A DNA stretch of 64,000 bases from Octopus sinensis (Eukaryota). The notes below the pieces were generated by a model, which worked only from the letters and a program-made list of their open reading frames with translations, made no database searches and was not told the origin of the DNA. The stretch spans positions 88,102,001 through 88,166,000 of the forward strand of contig NC_043004.1 in assembly GCF_006345805.1 (NCBI RefSeq), written 5' to 3'. This document shows positions 11,395 through 24,088 of this stretch, piece by piece; within the stretch, counting starts at the first letter, position 1, and every line of letters starts with the position of its first letter. The translations under genes were made by a program, and so were the position numbers.

Positions 11395-11692
11395 TCAGGA
11401 CGCCATGATAGATCGTTAGCTCCTACAGACATTTTTTCTCTCCTTTTTTCTCTCCTTTTTCTCTCCTTTTTCTTCTCTCCATTTTTCTCTCCTTTTTGTC
11501 TTGTCTCTCCTTTTTTCTCTCCTTGTTTCTCTCCTTGTTTTTTTTTTCTGCGTATCTTTCTGTCGAAGAGCGTAGGCTCGAAACGTAAAAGACCTTTTCT
11601 ATTTCTATTCCTGAGCGTATTACTAATACATTTGTTTGTTTGTACTCCACCTGCCTTCGTCTTTTGTTTATTTTCGTAAACTTTCCCGTTAT
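11395..11692 (+). mobile_element. Hammerhead-bearing element family H1 with expanded internal ttttctctcct repeats
   Basis: Aligns with three other copies; ends cccgtta(ta)n. Confidence 0.8.
11555..11592 (+). ncRNA. Minimal type I hammerhead ribozyme motif, variant core CUGUCGA
   Basis: tcttt CTGTCGA A GAGC gtag GCTC GAA ACGT A aaaga: 5-bp stem I, 4-bp stem II, palindromic stem III. Confidence 0.6.
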
Positions 11693-11993
11693 ATATATAT
11701 ATATATATATATATATACAAATTGAGATAGGGGTTGTAAATGCAACCCCCTATAGGATAATGTATATCCAATATACTGCTAGTGAAGTACCCAACAAAGT
11801 TAATACATAAATGTTAATGATTGCGATGCAATCAATTCATTTACTGCATTATATGGGCAAAGGTAAAATGATTTACCACAAATTACTAATACAAGATAAG
11901 AAAATGGAGAAATATATCTCAATCAAATATCAATTAGCAGTATTATCTGGTAATTGATATTTGATTTAGATGTATTTGTCCATTTTCTTATCT

Positions 11994-12044
<51 letters not shown>

Positions 12045-12558
12045 GTATATATATATATTGACAATGCAGTGCACCTGAAATGACTGAAACAAGTAAAAGA
12101 ATAAAAGAATAAATATATATATATACACAAATACACACACACACACGCACATACACATGTGCGTTCTTGCATGTATGTATGTATGTATGTATGTATGTAT
12201 GTATGTATGTATGTATGTATGTATGTATGCATGTATGCATGCACGTATGAGGCGTTATGCTGGTCTAAGATTCCTTTCCTTTGCAAAACAGGAGAGTAGG
12301 ATTTGATGTCCATTTGGCGGCTACTTTTAGCAAATCGAGCGATCCCGAAGACGTTCGTCCATTTATGCTAAGACTCTGCTATTCTGAATACAAAGTGATT
12401 AAAGGTCTTTGACTGATAAAGAGATGTACAAGAATGAGAAAAAGTAACACAGGAACATGAATATCACGTGCTACAGGTCGAGACAAAGAAAGAAAAATGT
12501 TTGAATTTAAATATTGTGTGTGTGTGTGTGTGTGAGTGTATGCGCGCGCGTGTTTGTA

Positions 12559-13824
12559 CGAGGGGCGTTCAATAAGTAATGCCCCTGACCCACTTGCAGT
12601 TGTTTGATCCAGCTGAAATTTTGCATGTGCGCTTATTTATATCTCTATAGATTAAGTGGCGAATTACAGCTCTGATTGTGGTTTCTGATTTACAGGTGTT
12701 TGAACTGAGTCAAGTGTGAAATGGAGCCTGTTGAGTGTCGAGCAGTGATCTGGTTTTTGTATTTGAAAGGACGCACATCACGGGAGACTTTTGATGAAAT
12801 GAAAGTAACTTATGGTGATGATGCCCCATCATATGACCTTGTAAAACGCTGTTATTGTGAATTCAAACATAGTCGGAACTCTGTGGAAATAGCTCCCAGA
12901 TCTGGTCGCCCCCTTCTGCCGTTGATGAGACGTCTGTCCGTCAAGTTGAGGCTGCCATTTTGGAAGGTCAACGCATAACTATTCGCCAAATAGCCCATAA
13001 GGTCAAGATTAGTACCGGGTCTATGGAAACTATCATTCATGACCATTTGCATATGCAAAAGGTGTCTGCCAGATGGATTTCCAGGTTGCTCACACCTTTC
13101 CAGAAGCAAGAACGCGTTGAGTGCTCGAGGATGAATTTGGAGATGTGCCAAGAAGATGAGTCAAAATTTTTCAAAAGACTGATCACACAGGATAAAACCT
13201 GGGTCCATCACTATGATCCAGAGACCAAAGCCCAGTCAATGCAGTGAAAGCACCGTGACTCACCTCCTCCAAAGAAGGCAAGGGTTGCAACCCTCCGCTG
13301 ACAAGGTTATGCTCACAGTCTTCTGGGACCAGGACGGAGTAGTGATGACAGATTTCCTGGCAAAGGGTACCACAATTACAGGAGCCTATTATGCTTCACT
13401 TTTGAGGAAATTAAGAGAAGCTATCAAAATCAAGAGGCGGGGCAAGATCATCAAAGGCATCCTCCTCCTGCAGGACAACGCTCCGGTCCACAACTCGCGT
13501 GTCGCCAGATCAGAAGCACAGGCGTGCAGCTATGAACTCCTCCCCTTGCACCCTCTGATTTTCACCTCTTCCCAGCCATTAAGTTGATTTTGAAAGGAAA
13601 GCGTTTCCCAGATGATGCAGCCTTGATTTCTGAAGTCACGTCGTGGTTGGAGGACCAAGCTGGGGTCTTCTACAAAAACGGTCTCCAGAGCTGTATCAAA
13701 CGATGGGAGAAATGCATAACTCTGGGTAGTTCCTATGTAGGAAAAGACTAATAACTGTGCCAAGTGTCGTTGCTCTACTGCTATGGGAAGTGGGTCAGGG
13801 GCATTACTTATTGAACGCCCCTCG
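12559..13824 (+). mobile_element. Full-length mariner (Tc1/mariner) DNA transposon, 1266 bp
   Basis: 37-bp perfect TIRs (12559-12595 and 13788-13824); TA on the left, CA on the right; transposase pseudogene inside. Confidence 0.95.
12721..13751 (+). pseudogene. Mariner transposase pseudogene
   Basis: ORF pieces with RAVIWFLYLKG, RSGRP, ARWISRLLT, LITQDKTWVHHYDP, LLQDNAPVH; frameshifts, an internal TGA, and a deletion through the YSPDLAP motif. Confidence 0.9.
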
Positions 13825-14400
13825 CATTTATTCACTGAATCAATAAAGTCATACAGTATGGATATATTTTAAAGGTTTTATTCCTCTAATTTTCCATGAT
13901 AAAATGATGGTACAGCCTATATTCTGAATCAATGTATCTTATGTGCAGATGAGAATTACAGAGCATTGAATATTCTGGTGTTTTCCTTTATCTTTTATAG
14001 CTTACTTTGCTAACATACGCTCTTAGATTAGTAAACATTTAGGAAAATAGAAAAGAAATCCCTAAAGCAGAAGATAAAAAGAAGAGAATTACAATTTCTA
14101 TTTCCTTTCTACATCAGGTCATTTCGTACAGGATTTCAGTGAGATTCTTTCTCTTCCCATATTTATATATTCATAACGGAAACCTGTTATATATCTATGT
14201 TCACGAAAGTTTTCTTAACGAAGATATGACAACTTTAAACTATACGTAGTCAGAAAAACATCCATATTTGAAATGCAGTCATTTTTGCAGCCACATATTG
14301 AATGTTTTTAAACGGAAACAATATATCCACAGACAATCTGCTACGGAAGCACACGTTTTTGGATGAAATAATTCCAAGAAAACGCCCCTACTATTTAAAC

Positions 14401-14515
<115 letters not shown>

Positions 14516-14819
14516 CTCTCTCTCTATCTGTTATATTGCCCAGACACTCTTCACAACAGTAAAGCACTCTTTTGCTTCACAGTAATATAAGGAAATCTTC
14601 CACAAGATTAAAAGGTTGTCAGTGATTATTGTTGTCAGTGTGTGAAAATTATAGATCTTTAGCTACAGTAAAATATTTAAACATCTCAAAACCAATCCAA
14701 TATGACTGCAATTACAGAGATACGAACAGATACCGTTTGAGTGAATAATGCCCATGAAAAGAAATAACATAGATAGTAGATGGAGAATAGGCAGTGCACT
14801 TAAAAGAACATACAAAGGC

Positions 14820-15176
14820 TTAACCACACATCGCATAAATGACATTGGTGAAACTACAGGAGTTGGAGTTGGAAGTTCACCATCATTCACCATACTCACC
14901 TGATCTTTCCCCCACTGACTACCACTTCTTCCAGAACTTGGATAACTTTTTGATAGAAGAAAAAATTAATTCCGACGATGCTGTAAAACAGGCCTTCCAA
15001 GATTTTATTGAATCTAGATTGCCAGGCTTTTACACTTTCGGGTTGGACAAGCTACTGCTGAAATAACAAAAGTGTATTGACAATATGTGTGCATACTTTG
15101 ATGAATAAAACTATTCCTTGTATTTATAAAACATTAGCAAACTTTCTTCTTTTCTACAAAATTCATACTTGACGAC

Positions 15177-15180
<4 letters not shown>
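14820..15180 (+). mobile_element. 3' fragment of a second mariner family with right TIR
   Basis: HSPYSPDLSPTDYHFFQNLDNFL..KCID..YFDE* followed by terminal catacttgacgacctaata. Confidence 0.9.
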
Positions 15181-15214
<34 letters not shown>

Positions 15215-15270
15215 CATACATATACATAATGTATATATATATATATACACATTATGTATATGTACGGGTG

Positions 15271-15313
<43 letters not shown>

Positions 15314-15404
15314 GTCGTCAAGTATGAAATTTGTAGAAAAGAAGAAAGTTTGCTAATGTTTTATAAATACAAGGAATAGTTTTATTCATCAAAGTATGCA
15401 CACA
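15086..15404. repeat. ~320-bp fold-back palindrome (mariner right end plus TA tract, duplicated inverted)
   Basis: 15086-15180 and 15311-15404 are reverse complements with one mismatch; the spacer is itself self-complementary. Confidence 0.9.
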
Positions 15405-15405
15405 C

Positions 15406-15438
<33 letters not shown>

Positions 15439-15649
15439 CTAAATCAATCAACTATCAGATAATACCGAATCATATACTTTATTAAAACACTACACAATAG
15501 CAATGAGATTATACATTAATACAGTACAATAATTACAATCAATATGATGAGATATAACTAAATAAATATAACAAGATATAAAATACATATACATTATAAC
15601 TGACAGCTGTTTCGGCCATGAAGATAGGTATGTCTCATTTAACCTATTA

Positions 15650-15713
<64 letters not shown>

Positions 15714-15789
15714 CATACATATACATAATGTATACATATATATATATATAATATATATATATATATCTATACATATGTGTGTAGGCATG

Positions 15790-16086
15790 TATATATGTGA
15801 GATGATAAATTCATTATTAATAGTGAAAGTATTACAATAGAGATGTTATTGTTTCACCTTTGATACATAATACTGATATAGTGTAACAGATAAGAGATTG
15901 CCCCGGGCTCGCATTAGGCAAGGAGTTAACATTTTTGCCCAGGACACTGCATGGCCCCTAAATAAGGCATGTGTAAAATTTGAATGAAATCGGTTGTGTA
16001 GTTCTCGAGTTTTAGTGATGCGCACATACAGACACACAGACAGATACACACACACACGCACACAATCTCAGTTTTATATATATAGA
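15790..16086 (-). mobile_element. Non-autonomous Helitron, 5' part
   Basis: Minus strand begins A|TCtatatatataaaactgag; shares the aaatttgaatgaaatcggttgtgtagttctc block with 48130-48518. Confidence 0.65.
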
Positions 16087-16089
16087 TGT

Positions 16090-16295
16090 GTGTGTGTCTG
16101 TGTTTGTACGCCCACCATCTCTTGACAAGCGATGTTGCTGTGTTTACGTTCCCGTATCTTAGCCGTTTGGCAAAACACCCCGATAGAATAAGTACTAAGT
16201 TTACAAAAAATAATTCTTTGGGTCGATTTCTTCGACTAAAGGCGGTGCTCCAGCATGTCCGCAGTCACATGACCAAAACAAGTAAAATAAAAAAA
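16090..16295 (+). mobile_element. SINE family B, 3' half
   Basis: gatagaataagtact..gtcgattt..cgactaaaggcggtgctccagcat. Confidence 0.85.
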
Positions 16296-16379
16296 AACAT
16301 GCCATTTTAACCCAGAGCAAAGCCGGATATCTCTGCTAATATATATATTTCGTTTCAGTCACTATATATATATATAGAT

Positions 16380-16585
16380 ATGTAACCGCGTGTGTATCGT
16401 TGGCGATTTTTTTCCTCCGTCTTCCCTTCCTTGGATCTTTCTTTTTCCTATGTTTCTGACGAAGAGCTCCGCTCGAAATGTTAAATAGTCCTTCTTTCTT
16501 TCCTGAGCGTCCAATAACACTATACTTGTTCCACGTCTTCGCGTTGTTTGTGTTTTCTCTTTGTGTTTTCATATTTGGATTAACT
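16380..16585 (+). mobile_element. Hammerhead-bearing element family H2
   Basis: About 200 bp between (TA)n tracts; shares tcctgagcgt..taa motif and layout with H1. Confidence 0.7.
16452..16486 (+). ncRNA. Minimal type I hammerhead ribozyme motif, canonical core CUGACGA
   Basis: gttt CTGACGA A GAGC tcc GCTC GAA ATGT T aaat; stem III palindrome mutated from ACGT to ATGT. Confidence 0.6.
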
Positions 16586-16764
16586 ATATATATATATATA
16601 TATATATATAAACATATATATATATATATTTAATCATATCAAAGGGAAATATTTCCATTTCCAGTGGCCTAAAGTGTAAAAATAGAGTCCAAAGACTATG
16701 TATTAGTCATAAAATACAGTGTACATTTAAACACACGAGGGATTCAACACGCTAGAAAGATACA

Positions 16765-16983
16765 TACGCGCACATACGTCTCACATATACATACACACAT
16801 GTATCTATCAATCTATGCGCGTATGTCCATAAAGGTGAAGGCATACTTGTATACCAATGTCTACATTTACATGTTCATACATATTCATAAATCTACCAAC
16901 TACTTTCGTTCATGCGTGCAGGCATACACACAAGATTTACTCACATACATATGTAAATATGTATGTATGTATTTATGTATGTG

Positions 16984-17026
<43 letters not shown>

Positions 17027-17057
17027 ATGCATCTATTTATCGATCTTTGTATCTTTT
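16765..17057 (+). repeat. Local direct duplication, copy 1 (copy 2 at 19258-19620)
   Basis: About 190 bp of non-microsatellite sequence plus flanking tracts repeated 2.5 kb downstream at roughly 90% identity. Confidence 0.9.
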
Positions 17058-17794
17058 AGGTAAAAAAGGTGGCAATTTTTATTGCTGGTGAAGGGCTGCG
17101 GCTGCGCAGTAGATTTTGAAAAAGTTAAGATGTATAAACAAGAGGCACGATACTTTGATCGCCTCATGTTTATATATTTAACGCAAGGTGTTCCTGCTGA
17201 GGACGATTTCACCTAGCGAGTATATGTTATTTTATTTGCTAAACTAAAATCAGAAACCAATTGGTCCAGGAAACTAGATGGTAAAATGTTTATATTTTTT
17301 CATTTCGTTCCTGTCGAATTTTATCCCTAATTTAGTGGTTATGGAACCTAGCTATTCTTTCTAGCGTATTAAATCCCACAAGTGGATTCCTCATGTGTTT
17401 AAATGTACACTGTATTTTATGACTATATATATAGTTTATATCCATTTGAAAGAAGAAAAGAAAAAGGAGTTTAGGAAGTTATTGATAGTTTATCACTGAC
17501 AACAAATTGGTCATCTCCGGTTCTTACAGCCGTTTCAATTAATACTTAATAATTTAATTACAGATTTGTACATTAAATTTACATTTATGTAATATGAGTA
17601 TAATATCATCAGAGGAAAAAAGATGTACTTTTGGATGTTATATGTAGACTTGAATTGAAAGGCACACATAATAAACGACTATTAACTTCCGAATCTCCAT
17701 TTTCTTTTCTTCTTTTCAATGGATAAAAGCCATATGCTTTATACGTTTTATATATTTTAACCTACATGAGGTTAAAATATCCTCTAATTAATAT

Positions 17795-17862
<68 letters not shown>

Positions 17863-17981
17863 AGTGTTACGGAATGGAGTAGATTAGATCTGGGTTACAT
17901 ATGTTTCATAGTGAGAGGAACCTCAGAAGTGGTAAACATCCAGGCGAGGTGTCTTCCATGTGTTAACATGTGCCCCCTTGC

Positions 17982-18012
<31 letters not shown>

Positions 18013-18019
18013 GCTGGAC

Positions 18020-18318
18020 TGACCCGTCGTTAGACGACGTATGAGGTTCAACAATTTCTTACCGAACAACCACACAGATGATTTGTTTATAGTGATCAAA
18101 TGTTTGTGTAGACATAAGCTCACCCCTCCATCAGATCGAAATTACCTGTACAGGTGCAACGGGTACAATATGTCAGACGTCGAAATGATCGCAGAGCAAC
18201 GTGAAATGAAGTGCTTTGCTCAAGAACAGAACGCAATGTTCGGTCAGGGAATCGAACCCACGGTACGATCTCGCAATCACGAGTGCAACACACTAACCAC
18301 TAAGCCATGCACCTTCCC
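18020..18318 (-). mobile_element. SINE family C
   Basis: Minus: ggtgcatggcttagtggttagtgtgttgcactc..gggttcgattccctgacc..gttcttgagcaaagcacttcatttcacgttgctc. Confidence 0.85.
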
Positions 18319-18394
18319 TATAAAAAAAAAAAAAATATATATATATATATATATACATATATACACGCACACATACATACACATACCTGCATGT

Positions 18395-18560
18395 ATGTGT
18401 GTGTCTGTGTTTGTGCTTGTTTCGGCAGAAAGGACCAATAGAATAAATACAGGACTTAAAATTAATATGCACTGTGATCGATTTGTTCGACTGAATCCCT
18501 TAATGAGGTGTCCCAGCATGGTCGCAGTCCAATGATTGAAAGTAGTAAAAGCTAATAGAT
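18395..18560 (+). mobile_element. SINE family B, degenerate 3' half
   Basis: gtgtctgtgtttgtg..ccagcatggtcgcagtccaatgattgaaag. Confidence 0.7.
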
Positions 18561-19257
18561 AAAAGAATGAATAAATCAAAACAATGCAAAGCAACAACAG
18601 ACAAACAAAAATAAAACTATAATCATTCAATAGACGAAAAATATTAAAAGACACAAAACAACAGTATACAGAAAGGGAAAAGACAATGGTAGAAGAATAA
18701 AAAAAGCAGGAAAGATATAAAGGTAGGTTTAAAAAAATGGAAAGAAGAAACAGCAGAAGAATGACAGGGACTTGGTATAAAATAATTTCTTCAGTCTATT
18801 TTATTTTTTTGTTGTTAGAAACTTACCTTGTAGACATTACGTAAGCCTTTGTGTGGTTTAAAAAATTCTTGAATGTTTATACAAATGAACTGAGTTAAGC
18901 TAACATGTATTCAATATAGCTGAACATGCATAGAACAAAAAAGAAAACGTTGGTTAAAATAAATGTATAGATGATTAAAAATAACTAGGTTTTATTTGAA
19001 GAGTAGAAAAGCAATTGAGATCCGAGCAAATATTTTAGGTTAGTTTATAAATAATTATTATTTTCGAAAATTTTCTTTCTAAAATTGAACACATACACAC
19101 TCACATACACGTACACACATAAACATACGCGTATGACACACATAAACATGCACGAATACACAGAAATATAACGTAACTGAATGCATGCACGTATGTGTGT
19201 ATATAAACACATTATCGACTAATATTTGTATATGGATACATTTATGTTTATATTACG

Positions 19258-19455
19258 TACGCGCACATACGTCTCACATACACATACACACATGTATCTA
19301 TCAATCTATGCGCGTATGTCCATAAACGTGAAGGCACACTTGTATACCAATGTCTACGTTTACATGTTCATACATGTTCATAAATCTGCCAACTACTTTC
19401 GTTCATCCGTGCAGACATACACACAGGATTTACTCACACACGTGCGTATATGTAC

Positions 19456-19518
<63 letters not shown>

Positions 19519-19620
19519 TGTATGTATGTATGTATGTAGTATGTATGTATGTATGCATGTATGTATGTGCGTGTCTGGGTATGTATGTATATATGTATGT
19601 ATCTATCTTTCTATCTTTTA
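19258..19620 (+). repeat. Local direct duplication, copy 2, with expanded (TATG)n
   Basis: See 16765-17057. Confidence 0.9.
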
Positions 19621-19672
19621 AATTTACAATTAAGACTATATATGTGTGTGTGTATATATATAAAGGTATATG

Positions 19673-19736
<64 letters not shown>

Positions 19737-19828
19737 TGTGTGCGTGTGTGTGTATAAAGACCTCATGAGTAGTCATCGCCCATCGAACATTATGTGTACA
19801 TATGTGTGCATGTATATGAGTGTATATA

Positions 19829-20223
19829 TCTTTATATATAAAAGTGAAGTTGTGTGTCTGTCTCCTACGATTTAGATTCCTAACTACTCGCACATTTTGC
19901 GGTGCAGTTTAACCAAAACCGGGTATCTTATAGTCGTGATTCATATCGAGCCCTTCTGGGTATTAGCGCGCGTCTACTATGAGTCTACGATTTAAAAAAA
20001 AATTACCATCATTTTTTCCATTTTAATGCATTTTTTCGCTATTATATAAGGGAAGTAACTCTCTAAAAATGTCTACGATAAGTCAACGATTAAAAAAAAA
20101 TTTACCGTAATTTTTTTTCCATTTTTAATGCATTTTCTTGCTATTTTTTAGCTATAACTCTCTAAAAATGCTTATATAGTTATTTCCCTTACAAACCCGA
20201 GCAACGCCGGGCGATACTGCTAG
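19829..20223 (+). mobile_element. Complete non-autonomous Helitron (395 bp)
   Basis: 5' A|TC, 3' hairpin cccgagcaacgccggg followed by CTAG|T; internal tandem duplication of about 90 bp. Confidence 0.85.
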
Positions 20224-20260
20224 TATCTATATAAAATAAATAAATTCACCCTTTTAAAAC

Positions 20261-20408
20261 TTAGCCAGGCTCATGGCCCGGTTTCCAGGTTTCAATGGCG
20301 TATGTGTTCCCCAGCTGGTCGGGACGCCAGTCCATCGCAGCGTTACTTATTTTTGCCAGCTGAGTGGACTGGAGCAACGTGAAATAAAGTGTTTTGCTCA
20401 AGAACACA
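20261..20408 (-). mobile_element. SINE family C variant, 3' portion
   Basis: gttcttgagcaaaacactttatttcacgttgctccagt..gcgatggactggcgtcccgaccagctggg. Confidence 0.8.
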
Positions 20409-20429
20409 ACATATATATTATATAAGCGG

Positions 20430-20760
20430 TTTTGGTATTCAGAAGACCCAAAATGGCAGGTAAGGCTATGTAAGTGATACGAAAGATCCAACGTTAAATT
20501 CCCGGTTCGATAATAGTATATTTTTCTTTTTATTCTCTTATTTCTCTTTACACTTCCTACACCTCTCCCTTTCCAAAATAACTCCTTATATTGAACTCTA
20601 CGACTTCCCTCTATTTAACTCTCTCATATCGTCTCTGATGTAGGGATATCCCTCATATCCCCGAACCACCCGTACAACTATCTTCCTCTTTATAAATGTC
20701 TTAGAAATTTCACACTGCCTTGGCTTTGTTGTCTCATTTTATTTAATATTAATATATTGA
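20430..20760 (+). mobile_element. Penelope-like terminal fragment with degenerate hammerhead (family H3)
   Basis: gtct CTGATGT A GGGATA..TATCCC c GAA at 20631-20665; homologous to 27630-27960. Confidence 0.55.
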
Positions 20761-20769
20761 TATATGTGG

Positions 20770-20915
20770 AGGCACATGGCTTAGTGGTTCTTGAGCAAAA
20801 CACTTTATTTCACGTTGCTCCAGTCTACTCAGCTGGTTAAAATAAGTAATGCTGCGATGGACTGGCGTCCCGACCAGCTGGGAACCACATACACCATAGA
20901 AACCGGGAAACCCAA
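20770..20915 (+). mobile_element. SINE family C variant, internally deleted, inverted relative to 20261-20408
   Basis: ggcacatggcttagtgg fused directly to ttcttgagcaaaacac. Confidence 0.8.
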
Positions 20916-20929
20916 TTGAGCAACATGTT

Positions 20930-21940
<1,011 letters not shown>

Positions 21941-22564
21941 ACTTCTCAAATACAGCGAGAGTATTTTCGTGTACAAATCACTTAGTGTTCGATAAATTTG
22001 TATATAAGAGAATTAAGTTCAGAGCGAAAATATGTATAACTATATAAATGCAAAGAAAGACACACGTAAATAGGTGAATATATATATGTATATATATACG
22101 TACTTTATATACCTTTTGTTAGATATAACACTGTTTATTGCGTAACAATATCTGTATAAATATATACATGCATATGCGATCTTTATCTGCAGCCACAAAA
22201 GACACAATTTAGAAATAACTTTTTGTTATAAAATCTGGTATTATGTGTAAGGACACACACGCATGCAGACACACATATACGCTCGAGCACAGATGCGTTC
22301 GAGTGTATGTGCTGCCGTACACGATATGCTACCAGTAGGTTTAGGTTTCAGTAATCGGTTCCACATTAATCTTCTGCATTCTACGCAATATAAGTCCAAG
22401 CATCACACCAGAAGATAGATTATAGTGAAGAGTCTGAGCCATGTTATATAATGAAAAGCACAGAATGGATCTTTATGCTTTACATTCATGTGTTTCAGTG
22501 AATCAACAGCTTATATCTTTAATGTGTCTGCAATTGCCGACATTTTGAAGAGTTATACAGTTAC

Positions 22565-22945
22565 TCTTTTACTCTTTTACTTGTTTCAGTCATTTGACTG
22601 CGGCTATGCTGGTGCACCACCTTTAGTCGAGCAAATCGACCCCAGGACTTATTCTTTGTAAGCCTAGTACTTATTCTATCAGTCCTTTAGCCGAACCGCT
22701 AAGTTACAGGGATGTAAACACACCAGGATCGGTTGTCAAGCGATGTTGGGGGGACAAACACAGACACACAAACACACATATATACGACGGGCATCTTTCA
22801 GTTTCAGTCTACTAAATCCACTCACAAGGCTTTGGTTGGCCCGAGGCTATAGTAGAAGACACTTGCCAAAGGTGCCCCGCAGTGAGACTGAACCTGGAAC
22901 CATGTGGTTGGTAAACAAGCTTCTTACCACACAGCCACTCCTACG
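22565..22945 (-). mobile_element. SINE family B, full length
   Basis: Reverse complement of 7926-8323. Confidence 0.92.
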
Positions 22946-22964
22946 CCTTGAAATATATATATAT

Positions 22965-23185
22965 TTCTTTATTGCCCACAAGGGGCTAAACATAGAGGGG
23001 CCAAAGAAGGACAGACAAAGGTATTAAGTCGATTACATCGACCCCAGTGCGTAATTGGTACTTAATTTATCGACCCCGAAAGGATGAAAGGCAAAGTCGA
23101 CCTCGGCGGAATTTGAACTCACAACGTAACGGCAGAAGAAATACGGCTACGCATTTCGCCCGGCGTGCTAACGTTTCTGCCACCT
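22965..23185 (-). mobile_element. SINE family A, tail type cccttgtgggcaataaagaaata
   Basis: Near identical to 1950-2190 and 26425-26650. Confidence 0.9.
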
Positions 23186-24046
23186 CAACAGCATTAAAAT
23201 ACCAATAATGTTTTCTGCGTTTATATTTCATACACTCTTTTATTCTTTTAATTGTTTCAGTCATGAGACTGTGGCCATACTGGGGTACTGCTCTGAAGAA
23301 TTTTAGTCGAAGGAATCTCTCCACCTTGAAGATGGAGGTCGGTTTTACGGTAATGTTTATAAGCATGCAGTACTGGTTGTATATCCCTGACTTTTTGCAC
23401 TCCATCTGTCAGCATTATAATTATTTCGTAATTCCGAGACTCCAGAAACAGCTGTCGGACCTGCGATACCATGCCCCCTCCCCTCAGTTTTCTTTACAAT
23501 TTTGTACTCCATGTAAATAAATAGATATCTTTATGCTTATACACGAGTATTCATCTTCCGAATATTTTCAGTTTTTGTCTCTCTGTATGTATATCTCTCT
23601 CTATATATATTTACAAACGAATATGTAACATGTATGTATGAATGTATGTACGTACGTATGTATACTTTTTATATCAAGCCCAAACATGTTTACTTTCAGC
23701 ACTACCTCCATATCATCTTACCTGGTTTCTACTTATAGCCATTCTTTACCCCGCGGACTTCGGAATGTAAGTTGAAATCATTTTAGCACAACCGCGTGTT
23801 TTCTATATTAAGCATCTCTGGATCTCAGCTATTGACTGTGTGTGTTTGTGTGTGTGTGCGCGCGCGCGCGTGTGTGTGTGTGTGTGTGCGTGTGTGTGTG
23901 TGCCAAAAAATATTCACAATATAGTGGTATAGTAGCAAAGATAGTATTAAAGCTATATAAATGCATAATTATGCCAAAATTATAAATCAAAATTTTGCGT
24001 ATTTAAATGCTAGCAGGGCTTCTGAATTGCTGCATGCACACGCACG

Positions 24047-24088
<42 letters not shown>

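Noticed and set aside
17058-17120. Acceptor-like ttttag followed by VKKVAIFIAGEGLRLRSRF*
   Set aside because: The acceptor is the end of a duplicated low-complexity tract and there is no donor or homology.
17865-17985. TG..CA bounded 121-bp segment resembling a solo LTR
   Set aside because: Too short, no matching TSD (caag versus tata), no second copy in the window.
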